From Hydrolagus colliei (lineage: Eukaryota), in contig CM068742.1 in NCBI GenBank assembly GCA_035084275.1, forward strand, positions 117,738,001 through 117,802,000: 64,000 bases of DNA, in the 5' to 3' direction. The translations under genes and the position numbers were made by a program. Positions 51,101 through 64,000 of this stretch are shown here, piece after piece (position 1 is the first letter of the stretch; each line of letters opens with the position of its first letter). Below the pieces are notes generated by a model. That model was given only the letters and a program-made list of their open reading frames with translations, was not told the origin of the DNA and did not search any database.

Positions 51101-51686
51101 ATTGAGACATCTCAATGACATGATATTAACATTATATAATAATTATATTTGATATAGCGCATTATCACATCCCAAAGTGCTTCACAGAATAAACTATCAA
51201 GTGAATTAACTGTATATTTGGAAGCGAAATGTGCCAGCCAATTGCACACAGCAGTGTCCCAAAAACGGTAGTGGATTGAGTGACCAAATTATTCTTGCTT
51301 ATTTCCTTTTTTGGGCTTAATATATATTTTTTAAACGTTAATCTGCTGAGCAATGGTGAAACCTTCACTCTCTTTCTGCCTTTTTAACAATGGCTTGGAT
51401 ATCAGCCTGCTGTTTTTTATCCAGAGAAAGTGGTAGTTTGCAACAAGATAATATACTATATCAAATGATTATTATAAGGATTATTATAAAGTCAAATTAA
51501 TACTTTTTTCCTGGATACAGCTGACTCAGAACACTGCAGTAAAATATTTAACAATTTAATTGCTTCCATATGTTTTTCTTGTGCATTTACACAGAATCAA
51601 ATTCACAGGGAAAACAGAGGCCAGATAATGGAGAAACTGGTTTGTAGACAGAAAAGGCCGGATCACGTGAATGAAAGCACTGCTGA

Positions 51687-52067
51687 GGAGAAATTCCATC
51701 TAGGTGTAGATTTAATATTATAATTTTAGCAATTGTCTGCTGCATTTTGCCCACAAAATACAGTCAATCCATTTTACAATTCTTGTGAAGCACTTTGAGA
51801 TGTCTCATTGCTGTGATAAGTCGCTATTTCAAATGCAAGAATTATTACTATTCTATTTACATAAAATTTTTGAGCCTCCAGAATTTGACAAATTACTAAA
51901 TTCAATTTTTGTTTTGAGATCAGCTTTCTGTATTTTTTAAAGTAACTTACAGAAAACCAGCTTTAAAATGAGCACTGTGTGTAAGAATCTGCATACAATC
52001 CACAATTTTAGAGTCTCTGAAATTCTACATAAATATAATAAATCTAAATGCAGGTGGAATTTCTCTC
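51687..52067. mobile_element. Old MITE-like element (GGAGAAATTCC termini) interrupted by a SINE tail
   Basis: ggagaaattccatctaggtgtagattta vs taaatctaaatgcaggtggaatttctct. Confidence 0.55.
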
Positions 52068-52674
52068 TATTGTAAATGTTAAATAATATAATAATACAAG
52101 TGTCTTGAAACATCCTTTCAAAGTGAGTGGAGCTATATGTTGTTGTCACAACTACGTAGGCACATTTTAGTAATCACTGAAAGGAGCCAATGGAAAAAAA
52201 TTGGAGCTTGGGAAAGAGAGTAGTTGCATAGGAACATAGGAATGCTCAGGACTGGAAAAGACCATTGCCATCCATCTGGCCAGTCCCAGTGTTATCCCTT
52301 TTGTTATGTGATGTAACTAAACAAGAATCTGTAACTTATTAGGAGAAATGTTCCTTAGCAAAACCTTGCAGCTCCTCTCGTATCTCACCCAACATTTCAA
52401 TGGGGCGAGGGCTCTGGCAAATTGCTTCACATGACCTCAGCCACAGACTCCATGGTTGAACACTTCTGATGACTAATTGGAGATGGGCATCTCTCTGCCC
52501 AATAACACCTTGGCCCCACTCATGCCACTCTTATGCATTAAGTTTTTTGCTCTAGCAGCAAACTTCACCTCTGCAGGCAAGTCATAATATAAAGAGACTG
52601 GATGTCATGGTAACCAGACTTGGCATCAGACTCCCATTACCTCCTTGTGCAGCATATCCTTCCTACTTGTGGAT

Positions 52675-53167
52675 AATAAATTGTACAATAAATTGGTTAC
52701 TTCAATCAATGATTGTTGCTGTGCGCAATTGGCAGCCGAATTTCGCCCACAAATGTATAGTTAATTCACTTTACGGTATATTCTATAAAGCACTTTGAGA
52801 CAAAGCATTATCAGAAGATGTGAAAATCACTATATCAAATGCAAAGATTATTTATTACCTTTCTGACCTGCTTTCTCCCTACTCCACTACCCGCTGTCTC
52901 CACTCAGCTGGCTCTGGTCTCCTGCTTGTCCCTCATCCCCTCCTCTCCACCATCAGCAGTCATGGTTTCAGCCACTTAGCCTTGAAGCTTTGGAACTCTC
53001 CCTCAATCTCCCTGTCTTGCACTTTCAATTCTCTTCTAGATAACTCCCTCTTCGATCATTCTTATGATCACCTCCTGACCTACCCCTAGCTTGGTGTCAG
53101 GTTCCCCCAAGGCACTCTGAGACACTGCCGTGACTTAAGGATGCTATTTAAATGCAAGTTGTTGTTA
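52675..53167 (+). mobile_element. SINE 3' half followed by an L2 3' fragment (from ~52857)
   Basis: SINE core and tail, then YLSDLLSPYSTTRCLHSAGSGLL and tail aaatgcaagttgttgtt. Confidence 0.8.
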
Positions 53168-53914
53168 TTTACTATTTCAATTCCATTAAAAATTTTATAC
53201 ACCTCATTAAAGCTCCCATTGCGTCATCTTCTCTGAAGAAATGTTTAAACTTCTTGAGATTATCACATGAGGTAGCACAGTAACAGAAGATGTTTGTGCA
53301 GGCGTGAAATATCATTACAAATTCACTTGGGTGATGTCAGTCATCCAAATTACAAACAACAGTTGAATAAAGCCAGGAAGCAAACTCACCTGAACTCTGC
53401 CTCCATTATTTGTACATATATCAATTTGCACTCATGCACATGACATTCAGTGGATGCAATTTACTTGCATTGTGCAGCTAAATTGTATCCTAGTAATCTA
53501 GTATGTGTGTAACTGGATTTTCATTTGCCTGTAGCATGAAGGTAAATGTTTATGCTGTTGCATAGTATAGGATTGGCATCAGAGAAAGAAACACAGAAAA
53601 TCAGAGTGAGAGAAAGAAAGTTGGAGAGCAAGAGAATAAAAGAAAGACAGAGAGAGACAGACATAAAAAAGAGCAATAATTAACAGTCTTCAGGCAGGGT
53701 TGGACTTCCATCACAATGGTGAATAAAAACAGACTCTGTTTTGGGATATTGTGAGTTTGTTTCTAGCCTTGTCCCCTATTGAAGTTAGGAGCCTCTGTTG
53801 AGCCAACCAGCTTTTCCTGCTTCAGTAATTTCCTGCATTATTGGATCCTGGCTTTATTATGATCTATTTGTGGAATTAATTATGTATCCATCTCCAGTGC
53901 TAATAACTTCAACG

Positions 53915-54170
53915 TTTCAATCAGTCTAGTGTATGGCTGGCTTCTCAGTCCAGAAGTGTTTGGGGGAAGAGGGGGAAGCAAGGTTGCTTCCAGCAAACAC
54001 CCTTTATTTGTTGGGGGTTATAGTAAATGTGGGTCTCCAAATAGCTGAACTGGCTCCAAGGTAACAAGGCTTGGCAATGGAATGTCAGAATCGAGCCAGC
54101 CCTCTAGGTGGTTTCGGTTTTCCAGCTCCCAAATATACAAAAAGATCAGTCAATGTGTTCATTTAGGTCT
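53915..54170 (+). repeat. Second unclassified old repeat, copy 2
   Basis: gctgaactggctccaaggtaaca...gaatgtcagaatcgagccagccctcta. Confidence 0.6.
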
Positions 54171-55959
54171 TTAACTTGATCACCAGTTGTTAAATTTATT
54201 GAATTGTTAAATAACACATTATAATATTGCAAAGTTCAGTGCTTTATCATTCTACTGTGAATCTTAATTTAGTACGATGAGATATCGAGCCTATAGCACC
54301 AGTTCTCGTTGTTTACATAAGATGTGTCACCTGGAGTGCAACATGTCAGTGGCTTCCCCTAAAGAAAGCTTTGCCAGAGACTTCTTTGGGAAATCGCTCT
54401 GATTGTGAGGATTAAGCGCTCTGAGACACTGAGAAGGGTGCTACATAAAGGCAAGTTGTTGTTGGCAGTAATTTTCCATTGCAAGCTATACACAGCTGCT
54501 GCTCCAGACTTCTCCAGGACTCACAACATGAAGCATAATTCACTTCACTTCCTGATTAGATCTTCCCCATTTCTTGAAGGCTAATGCTCCAGACTTTCCC
54601 AAAATATATTAGAAAATTTCTCAAATTATAGTGACTTTCGCAATGCATGTTTAGAACAGCAGTCACCATGTTAGACACAAGACAGAATTGCAACTACTGG
54701 GATTATTTTTGTCCGTGATTAACTGTACGATTCCAGATGTGTATTGTACAAGGACTCATGGTTTCCAACCATTATTTTGTGTAAGTGGGATAAGGGGAAT
54801 AATATGGTGCTACAACCTCCACTGCCTTGTGTATAAAGTGTTCTTCCTTCAGGAGAGAAAAAGATTCTTGACAATATATTCTTGCACACCTGTTTGCCTC
54901 TGTCCCCACTAAATCCAGATTTTGGTAGATTATTTAGCCTGGATCCACTTCCAGTTCTAGGCCTGCATAAAATGAATAGAAGTAAGTGGAATGTACTGCA
55001 TAGGTCCAGATATTCTGTATAACTGTTTCCTTGTGTATAACTGTTTCCTGGAAACAGAAACACTCAGCAGTTCTTAACAACCTCTGTATTCAGACTGTAC
55101 ATAAAACATATTGTATGACTTAAAGAGTTTATTTTATACAAGAAATATTTAATTCAATCCCTGCCCCCTACAAAATGCATTCAGATACAGAACAGCTAAT
55201 GATCCTTTTATTAAAAGTGGATTGTGAAGCTTAAATTGAGTGGTCAGGATTTTGGTGTCTCTCTCTCTATCAGTGTGAACACATTCCATTGGATCCTGTT
55301 ATTTAGTGCCCAGATAACACAGGAGCTCTATTCCTCCCAACAGCAGAACAGTTCATTGAAAGGCTGTGTGAAAGGATGTGGGGGAGGGGAACACTCATCC
55401 CACAATTTCAAAAAATGCCTTTTAACATTTGTGATTTAAAAATGAATTGAACTTATTAAAGGGTGTTCCCATTAGCAATTGTTTGATTTAAAGCAGAAAA
55501 AAATGTTTTTCGGGAGGAAGGGCTGTTTAACATGACTTGAGTTTAAGCAAGTTATTTTCTTTTAAAAATGTTTCTTGTCTGCACATCCCCAGCAGACAAA
55601 CTTTAAGTAGATGGTTTGTGGTACCATGCTGCATTTACGCAGTAGGCTAAATAGAATAATAGAAGAAGTTAGCAGGAAAGACAGTAAAAAAGGATTGAAG
55701 AGCCATTGCAAAGTTTTGGTGAGTTTCACAAAAGTTTCCAATAGTCAACAGATGGTATTTATTCCATTTATTCTCCAATTTTCTGGGTTGCTTTAACTTG
55801 CTCAATGGCTTGTAAACAGTTACTACAGCTGCACCTGCTATTACAGAAAGGTAAGGAAGTGAATCTAATTTAACTTAACTCAACAAGCTGCACCAAATAA
55901 ATAAAAATGCCTCCCCACCCCCACTCCATTTTCACAAGAGTATCCTGCAATCACAATAG

Positions 55960-56380
55960 TCCCCCATTACCCCAGTCCTTGCCAGACTGCACTGGCTCCC
56001 TGTCTTGGGGAGGACTGATTTCAAGATCCTCACTCTTGTTTTCAAATCTCTCCACTCCTCTGCACCCACCTACCTCTCTGACCTCTCTCCTCATAACAGC
56101 AAACGTTGCCTTCACTCTACCAGGTCTGGCCTCATCATTGTCCCCTGAATTCTCCGCTCCACCATCGTCAGCCTTGCCTTCAGCTCTGGAACTCCCTTCC
56201 TCACTCTCTTCGCCTAGCCGCTCTCTTCCTATTTTCAGATCTAAAGACCTTGTTTTTCGACTGCACTTTGGTTACCTTTTTCCCCCTTCCCCTATCTTGG
56301 CCCCAGGATCCATTATTGGGAACCGCTCCGAGATGCCATCCGACGTGGAGGGCGCTACATAAATCCAAGTTGTTGTTGTT
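55960..56380 (+). mobile_element. L2 3' fragment, second L2 subfamily
   Basis: LHWLP...DFKIL motif; tail gagatgccatccgacgtggagggcgctacataaatccaagttgttg. Confidence 0.85.
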
Positions 56381-57131
56381 ATTACAATAATACACTTTAC
56401 AGTAAATCCTGTGAGGCATTGTGACAACAATAAGGCAACAACTAATTACATTTGTATTGCGCCTTTTATGTCAGGAGGACGTCTAAGGCTGCCGGTACAG
56501 TCAGAATTTTCCACCCAAGATTGGGAATGGGATCTGGAGGGCAAGGAGGGTGTGGATAGGAGGGTGGTCAAAGAGGAGGATCTTGCGGCAGGCTTTGAAC
56601 AAAGCATGGGAGAAGCAAGGCAAGGGGACTGTGGATTGCAGTTCCAAAGGCACTATATCAAATGCAAGGTTTACTGTTACAACATGGGGGCAGCCGTTAT
56701 GATCTAATGGATAGATCTGCAGTTTCCAGGCCCCAAACTGTCTGGTACTAATCCCTGTCTGTGCCTAGTTTGTTGTATGTTTTCTGTAGCTGTGAGAGTT
56801 CCTGGTTTTCCTGGGGTTAGGAAGGTTTCAATCAGCTGTATTCACTGATCCAAGTCCCCTTTCAGAAATATGCACTAGTCAGTGGCTACCAAGTGGGTAA
56901 GAGATGAAACTTGGCTGCAACACTCCCTGCAGTGAAGTGGTCTGCCAACACTTTCTACTGAGGCCTTTGCATGAACAATGACCACTTGTGTGAGGTGTCA
57001 TGTAAATCCAGATGTAAACCAGGTGATTGTTGTTAAAGGTAAACCATGTGATCCAGAAGATCCAATGGCGAAACATCTGGAGGGTTGGAAGTCCAGAGAG
57101 GATTGAGGGAAAAGAGAGAAGAGGCTGTGAT

Positions 57132-57372
57132 TAATAATAATCATAATCTTTGCATTTGATATAGTGCTTTTCAAGTCTTCTAGACATCCAAAAGTGCTTC
57201 ACAGAATATACTGTAAAGTGAATTGACAGTATATATGTGGGCAAAACGCAGCAGCCAATTGCGCACAGCAGTGTCCCACAAACAGTCGTGGATTGAAATG
57301 ATCAATTTTTTTTCTCCCGGGACTATTATCAGGTGTGTGGAATAAGGAAACTTGCCCAAGGTTTCACCTTGC
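57132..57372 (-). mobile_element. Young tRNA-derived SINE, head falls in the gap
   Basis: Reverse complement of the 16346 family up to ggaaacttgcccaaggtttca. Confidence 0.9.
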
Positions 57373-57379
57373 CTCACTT

Positions 57380-57515
57380 NNNNNNNNNNNNNNNNNNNNN
57401 NNNNNNNNNNNNNNNNNNNNNNNNNNNNNNNNNNNNNNNNNNNNNNNNNNNNNNNNNNNNNNNNNNNNNNNNNNNNNNNNNNNNNNNNNNNNNNNNNNNN
57501 NNNNNNNNNNNNNNN
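57380..57515. other. Assembly gap
   Basis: Run of N. Confidence 1.
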
Positions 57516-57641
57516 AACTCCACAATAATGTTGAAACTTAACTAATAATTAAAAAACATTGCTTGTGATATAGCGTCTTACCATGGTTGTTAAGGTATCT
57601 CAAAGTGCTTCACAGAATGTACCATAAAATATAGTGACTTT

Positions 57642-58818
57642 TAGGGTCTGGTGATATATCGATATATTGCTAAGACCCGATATAGTTTTCATATCGATAC
57701 GCCGATATAGGCATTTCAAAAATATCGATATATCGAAAAATCGATATATCGAGGTAAAAATTCGGAATGCGCGCACACTGAACTACAAGACCCAGAATGC
57801 TTATCTCTATACACAATGCACAGACCGAGGTGCAAAGCCACCATATTGTATTCATAGTCCTCGAATACAATATACAGGTATGCAAGGGGTGGGGGGAGGA
57901 GAGAAAGCTGTGGGGGGGGGGCGGTGAGGGGAAGAGAGATGGCTGGGGGGCGGGGGTGAGGGGGACAGAGACAGCTGGGGGTGGGTGTGAGGGGGAGAGA
58001 GACGGCTGGGTGGGGGAGAGAGATGGCTGAGGAGGTGTGGGGGAGAGAGAGATGGCTGGGGGGGTGGGGGGGAGAGAGAGATGGCTGGGGGGGTGGGGGG
58101 GAGAGAGAGATGGCTGGGGGGGTGGGGGGGAGAGAGAGACGGCTGGGGGGGTGGGGGTGAGAGAGAAAGAGACGGCTGGGGGGGTGGGGGGGAGAGAGAC
58201 GGCGGGGCGGGGGGAGGGAGAGAGCGACGGCTGTGGGGGGTGGCTGGGGAGAGGGACGGCGGTGGGGGTGTGGGTGGAGAAAGATGCCTGGGGGGGGTGG
58301 GGTGGGGGGAGAGAGAGACGGTGTGGTGGGGGGAGGGAGAAAGAGACGGCTGGGGGGGGGTGGGGGGGAGAGAGACGGCGGGGCAGGGTGAGGGAGAGAG
58401 AGATGGCTGGGGGGGGTGGGGGGGGAGAGGGACAGCGGGGGGGTGTGGGTGGAGAAAGACGGCTGGGGGTGCTGGGGTGGGGGGAGAAAGACGGCTGGGG
58501 GGGTTGGTGGGGGGAGAGACAGGGTGGATGTGATAATATACAGATAGATAGAGATGGGGGGGATGTGAGAGACACAGAGACACAGACAGAAAAACACAGA
58601 GATGGAGAGAGTGAGAGACACAGTGAGAGAAAGATATTTACTTCCTGAGGAGATAGGCCCCGAATGCGCGCGCACCCGGAATGCACGCGCACTCCGAATG
58701 CGTGTGCCCCTCGTGCATGCGCAGTACGAAAAACCCAAAAATATCGATATTTTGGTATATCTCGATATGAGCCCATCGATATATCTAAGTTGGAAAATTT
58801 CCATATCGACGGACCCTA
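57642..58818. mobile_element. hAT (Ac-type TAGGG termini) non-autonomous DNA transposon
   Basis: TIRs tagggtctggtgatat / atatcgacggacccta; 8-bp TSD gtgacttt / gtgactgt; many subterminal ATATCGAT motifs; splits a SINE tail. Confidence 0.9.
57885..58530 (+). repeat. G-rich minisatellite inside the hAT element
   Basis: Tandem degenerate ~29-nt units resembling ggggggagagagagatggctgggggggtg. Confidence 0.92.
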
Positions 58819-58967
58819 GTGACTGTGTATTTTGTTGGCTTGTTGCTGGACTATTGTCGCCTATTTGTAATCAAATAGTCAAGTTTGGAGCAGAAAGTAT
58901 TGTTCATTTTATTTGAGTGCACAGCAATGAATTATAAATAATCATGGCTTAAGGGTCCAAATCTTTT

Positions 58968-59152
58968 TTGAGGGATTATTAGCCCTGGAAAGCGATCCAC
59001 CAATCAATTAACAATTGAGTTCCTACTTACTGCTAGGTAAACATAGGTGTGTGGAGTAAGGAAACTTGCCTAAGGTTTCTCCCGTCTGGGAATTAAACCC
59101 AGGTATTCTGACTTGTGAGGTAAACTAGCTTACCAGTATGCTACAAGACTCC
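58968..59152 (-). mobile_element. tRNA-derived SINE 5' half, longer-body subfamily
   Basis: ggagtaaggaaacttgcctaaggttt...gctacaagactcc. Confidence 0.8.
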
Positions 59153-59310
59153 CCAAAAATGAATTAGATGCTAAATTTAGAAAGTTCACTATGCAAATTT
59201 GTTTCCAAAATCTAACTTTGCTTTCCTATTTATCTGTAAGCAGATTTCCAATGAATCATCTTTATCTTTTAGTCTTTTATGTTTCCTTTCTTTCTTTACG
59301 GAACACAATT

Positions 59311-59625
59311 AGAATTCCTGTAGCTCAGTGGTTAGAGGACTTGCCTTGCAAGCAAGATACTGTACCTGCACTCAATTGCCGGCAGAGCAAAACCTTGGGC
59401 AAGTTTCCTTACTCCACATGACTAATAATAATCCCTCAAAAACAATAATTATTTGATCGATCAATTCATGGCTGTTTGTGGGATACAGCTGTGCTCAATT
59501 ATCTGCCACGTTTCATCCACAAATTTACTGTTAATTCACTTTACTGTACAATCTGTGAAGCTCTTTGAGATGTCTAGAAGACGTGTAAAGCGCTACATCA
59601 AATGTAAGGATTAATACTATTATTA
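59311..59625 (+). mobile_element. tRNA-derived SINE
   Basis: cctgtagctcagtggttagagg head, core and tail. Confidence 0.88.
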
Positions 59626-60374
59626 ACTGTGATATAGTAGTGGAGTCTTTCACCTACCAATTTCTGTAATGCAATTTTCAGAGTGCTTTAGCATAATTTT
59701 AAATGAATTTAACTGTCTCATCTATGGCTGGCCAGTTGCATTACTTTAGCATATTGCCACATTTCTGTGCATTGAGTAGCTATTACAGGAATGCTGGTAC
59801 CCACATGTCCCACACTTGTTCATGCAATGTGCCTTTTATCTAGGGTCAAGTTTCAATGGGAAGAAAAAAACATTCTTTAAGGCTTTCTTTTTGCTGTATT
59901 TGAGGATTGGTAATCTAAATAACTCTATAAATGTTCAGTACTTTCTGCCCAGACAGAGTTACCATCACTTAGTTATTCAAATAGTGCACAAACGTATAGA
60001 ACCAGTTTGAAAAGCAGCAACTTTATGATCTATGCCTTTGTGTGTAACTTCTCCTCTCACACTGAATTTTTTGCCTTTCAAACATATTATTTTTTGGGGA
60101 TTGCAAGGTGCATAAAACTATTCACTAAACACAACCAACTTGCTCAGGTTGCTATTCATGCCTGCTGCCATTCTCTCACCCTTTCTTTATATAAAGTTGT
60201 AACCTGTTCTGGTATAGTACAGATCCATTTTTAACATAGATGTTATTTTTGTTGGCCACGTTGGCAAATTATTCTGAATGCTTTGGGGAATTGAAATACT
60301 AAACAATTAAATCTCATATTAAAACTCATATTAAACAACATAATGAAAATGGGATGAGTGCTGTGATAATTATC

Positions 60375-60878
60375 TCATCCAACTCATTCAAAACTCTGCC
60401 GCCTGCATTTTCACCCTCACCAAACTTCACTCCCCCATTACCCAAGTCCATTCCAGACTTCACTGGCTCCCTATCCCAGAGAGGATCAATTTCAAGATCC
60501 TCACCCTTGTTTTCAAATCCCTCCACTCCTCTGCACCCCCCTACTTCTCTGACCTCTTCTCTGCTCAAACCAGCATCTGTTGCCTTCGCTCCACAGTGTC
60601 TGGCCACCTCCTTGTCCCCCGAATACTTCGCTCCACCATCGGCAGCCGTGCCTTCAGCCACTATGCCCCAAGGCTCTGGAATTCCCTTCCTCACTCCCTT
60701 CGCCTCTCCCTCTCTCTTCCCAGTTTCAGATCCCAGCTGAAGACTTTTCTCTTCGACTGCACCTTTGGTCACCTTTCTACCCCTCCCCCTGGGTCGGTCC
60801 CGGGATCCATTATTGTGTAGTGCTCTGAGACACCGTCCGGCGTGGAGGGCACTATATAAATCAAAGTTGTTGTTGTTG
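60375..60878 (+). mobile_element. L2 3' fragment, second L2 subfamily
   Basis: STIGSRAFSHYAPRLWNSLP...LKTFLFD; tail gtccggcgtggagggcactatataaatcaaagttgttg. Confidence 0.9.
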
Positions 60879-61319
60879 TATCTCTTTGCTACAAATTGTG
60901 GTCAATTATTGACTGATGTAAAACAGACTTTGGTACTATGATTGGGCATAAGACAATCCAGCACTTTGGCACATCCTCCTGATGTGAGCAGCGTTATACA
61001 AATGTACTTTTGTTATTGTTGTGTTAAGACAGGTGAACACTAATCTGTGAAGCAGAACAATTCCAATGGCAGCTTCCAAAGGTTTGAGACAGCTGGCAGT
61101 CTATCCAATGTTCTGAGATTATGTGGTGCTGGGACTGAGGGAGCAGGAATTCACACCATATGTTTTGACCAAGTTTGATTGCAAATTTTGAAGGTGTTGA
61201 TATCACATGTCTTATTTCTCACCTTAAGGAGATTTGTTACTATACAGTAAAAATCCATATTTATATAGTGTCTTTCACATTGGGAGGACGTCCTAAGGAA
61301 CTTAACAATTACAATTTAG

Positions 61320-61790
61320 GTTAACTTTTATACCCGCACACAGGGTAGTGTCCCAGAACTTTTGACAATGGTGGAGTATGACCGCCAAGCCAGGTGGGAG
61401 GTGACCATAGGTACAGTCGAAGAGGAAAGTTTTCAGGCACTACTTGAAGTTGTGGAACAAAGGGCCAAGGTGGAGGAATAGAGGAAGAATGTTGTAGATT
61501 TTCAGGGTGTAATGACTGAATGCACTCCCACCAATAGTGGAACAAGGGCCCGAGGGACACGCAGGAGGCCAGAGCCAATCAAAAAGAGGCATTGGATAGT
61601 GGGTTGGGGAGTAAGCAAGTGGGCGAGGTAGGGAGATGCCAGGGCACGAAGGGATTTCAAGACGAGTGTGAGGATCTTGAAATCGATCTTTTCAGCCATA
61701 GTGAGCCAGTAGGCCCTGGCTAGAACTGGTGTGATGGGGGTACAGATTTTAGTACTTGTGAGAATGTAGGCAGCAGAGTGCTGACTGCTC
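61320..61790 (-). mobile_element. Older L2 3' fragment
   Basis: Minus ORF SAAYILT...ITPVLARAYWL...IDFKILTLVLKSL. Confidence 0.85.
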
Positions 61791-62739
61791 ACCTGAGCTG
61801 GGGATGGGAGCTTCATTTATTTTGTTTAGTTGTAGACGCCATCCGGCGTGGAGGGCGCTATATAAATCAAAGTTGTTGTTGTTGTTGTTAATAGATTCTC
61901 TCTGTTACATCAGAATTTAACTTGCAGAGCTGAAGACAGGTCTCTTGGTCTGATTCTACATGCCCTGTATTTCTGAGAGAATTGCTCTTTTTGCTCAGCA
62001 AACCTCCTCTTTTGTGGAATAATTTTTGTAACATTTTATTTTAGCGCTGACATAAATTTTACTTGGGTCAAAGAAAAGACATAAAATCTCAGCAAGACAT
62101 TAGTTCAAGAGAATCTAAGTAACATAGCTGAGGAAACTTGAAGCATGTTGGAAACAGCAGGTGGGAAAAAAGAGCAAAAATTCTGCATTTGTGCTCTGCA
62201 CTTGCATTGAGTACATTGAATAAAACTAATATTTCACTTGTACCAATCCTGTCAATTGCTTTTCTTTGGCTCTGAAAACTGGGCAAGTTCTGTACCACCA
62301 CCAACTACAACTCATATAGACTAGGTTGACAATCTGAAGCAATGCTGGGGGAACGCTGCATTGTCGGAGGTGCCGTCCTTTGTATAAGATGTTTCTTCAA
62401 ATAGAAGAGTTTCTCCCCGTGTCCTGGCCAACAATCCCCCTATTCGGCTAATTGTCGGACATTACTGTGTGCCAATTGGCTGCCGTTTTGCCCACTAATA
62501 CTTCACAATATGTGTGTTTTGTAGCATTCCCCGCAATGTAAAAGGCACTGTATCAAATGCAAGATCGTTATTTTTTACCATTTACATTTTTGGTATACAG
62601 TGTGTTCCATGTGAAACAATCACTTTACAGAATGAGATGACATGAAGTGAATACTGTTTTGTAGTCAAAAGTTTAACCTAATTTTGCATCCAGCAACGTC
62701 CTAGACTCCACATGAACAATAGTTTGTGACACAAAATTC

Positions 62740-63001
62740 CATATTCCAACATGTCTCTATATAAAGACTTATTTTTCCCTAACTCTATTTAATCCTTTTT
62801 ATCATTAAAGCTATTTCCTCTCTCATGTTGCTGACTTGCCAACTGGTGGACATATTCTTTTGCTATTTACTCTATGATTAACCCTTAATAATCTTGGAGA
62901 CATTGATCAAGTCAGCCCTTAATCTTCTCGGCTCCAGTGTATAAAAAAAGCTCTCTAACTTTTCAAGATTCTCTTCATAACTAACACCCATCATCCCTGG
63001 C
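62740..63001 (-). mobile_element. CR1 3' remnant
   Basis: Minus strand encodes PGMMGVSYEENLEKL followed by a frameshifted RRLRADLI motif. Confidence 0.7.
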
Positions 63002-63267
63002 TCAGTTTCCACTCAAAGGATCCCTTAAAAGTTCATTGCATCACCCAAGAATTTTTAAGGGACCATTTTCAATGTTATTAAAGAGCTGGTTATGAGATTA
63101 GTTAGCAGAGCCTCCCAGCCTCTGACCAATGCAATTTTGGAGCAGGAAATATAAATCAGTTTTCCCGCTCCTAATCGCTTTCCTGCTCTGCTGGAAGCAA
63201 TAATGAATCACTTCCAGCAGTATAAACTCGGCATTAAATGGAACAGTTTGTACAGCGTACTGCTCAG

Positions 63268-63590
63268 GAAAGAGATCAAGGGTTACTGTGGATAAATCGA
63301 TGAAACCGTCAGCCCACTGCTTTGGGGCAGTAAAAAAAAGGCAAATAGGTATTTGGTTGCACTTGTAGTGGGATAGAGTACAGATCAAAAGGAGTTACGT
63401 TGTCATTGTATAAGGCGTTGGTCAGACTACATCTGGAATGCTGTATGTTTTAGGTACTAAATCTTGGGAAGGATATTAAGATGAGAGGGTGCAGAGATGT
63501 ACAACCAAGATGGCAACAGATTATAGGAACCTAAATTGAGGATGTTGGGTTTGCATTCCTTGGGAATGTGAGGTGACATGATAGAAATAG
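63268..63590 (+). mobile_element. CR1 ORF2 C-terminal remnant
   Basis: Frameshifted VTVDKSMKPSAHC...IEYRSKGVTLSLYKALVRLHLECC...RGDMIE. Confidence 0.8.
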
Positions 63591-64000
63591 CCCTGTGATT
63601 GCTATTTCAAAGAACCCCAAAGTCTTTTTCCTAGTTATCTTGGTTTCTATCTTACATTCTCCCCCACCATCCTGCCCCTCTGCATTGTAAATTTACTCCC
63701 CCCACCCCAACTCAAATGAATTGTTTGTTCATCCCATTGTTGTCCTTAGGATGCTGTAGATTAGCAGTCGCTGTATAAGAACATAAGGTTTAATTTCTGA
63801 TCATTTATGTTTTGTCAAGTGGTTTGGGATGTTTATTTTCACATGGTGGGTGGATACAAGTTGTTCTTACTACCGTATTCATAATACATGTTCATGATTA
63901 TGAAGAGTATTGACAAGCTAAATCTTAACAAGCTGTGAAATATGACGGAGGTTCCAAACTTCAAAGGAAGTTAGATGCAAAAAAAACGAAATCAGACACA

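Noticed and set aside
55016-55051. 18-bp tandem duplication tgtataactgtttcct(t/g)g
   Set aside because: Ordinary slippage-type duplication; likewise the duplication near 29000-29046.
57670-58804. Long Pro/Ser- and Gly-rich ORFs of 150-368 aa
   Set aside because: Translations of the G-rich minisatellite; open in several frames on both strands.
63188-63220. 10-bp stem ctgctggaag / cttccagcag near CCAAT and TATA-like motifs
   Set aside because: Short, lies between CR1 remnants, and has no other promoter or ncRNA evidence.

Overview
Repeat-rich vertebrate genomic DNA, most likely from a cartilaginous fish (chimaera/elephant-shark-like, inferred from the repeat complement), with two assembly gaps. 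It is dominated by L2 LINE fragments, two tRNA-headed DeuSINE-type families with L2-like tails, CR1 remnants, several non-autonomous DNA transposons (two hAT-like, one Tigger/pogo-like) and short Penelope-type elements with hammerhead-ribozyme-like cores. No complete protein-coding gene is evident. The only recognisable cellular coding sequence is a 46-codon copy of UQCC2 exon 1 (3127-3264, minus strand) in a CpG island. It lies within a ~1.5 kb co-oriented modular unit (nested fold-back module, UQCC2 exon, CTG and low-complexity tracts, two SINE core copies, L2 3' tail) that may be an undescribed composite, SVA-like retroelement; this is the best candidate for a new system. Also notable are a Penelope 3' end fused to an inverted 42-bp copy of DNA from 1 kb away, an L2-in-L2 inverted repeat, a 5'-inverted L2 and two L2 insertions at the same SINE B-box. 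Family names rest on recalled consensus motifs, not searches. Boundaries of old repeats are approximate and many short SINE/L2 tail fragments are not listed.
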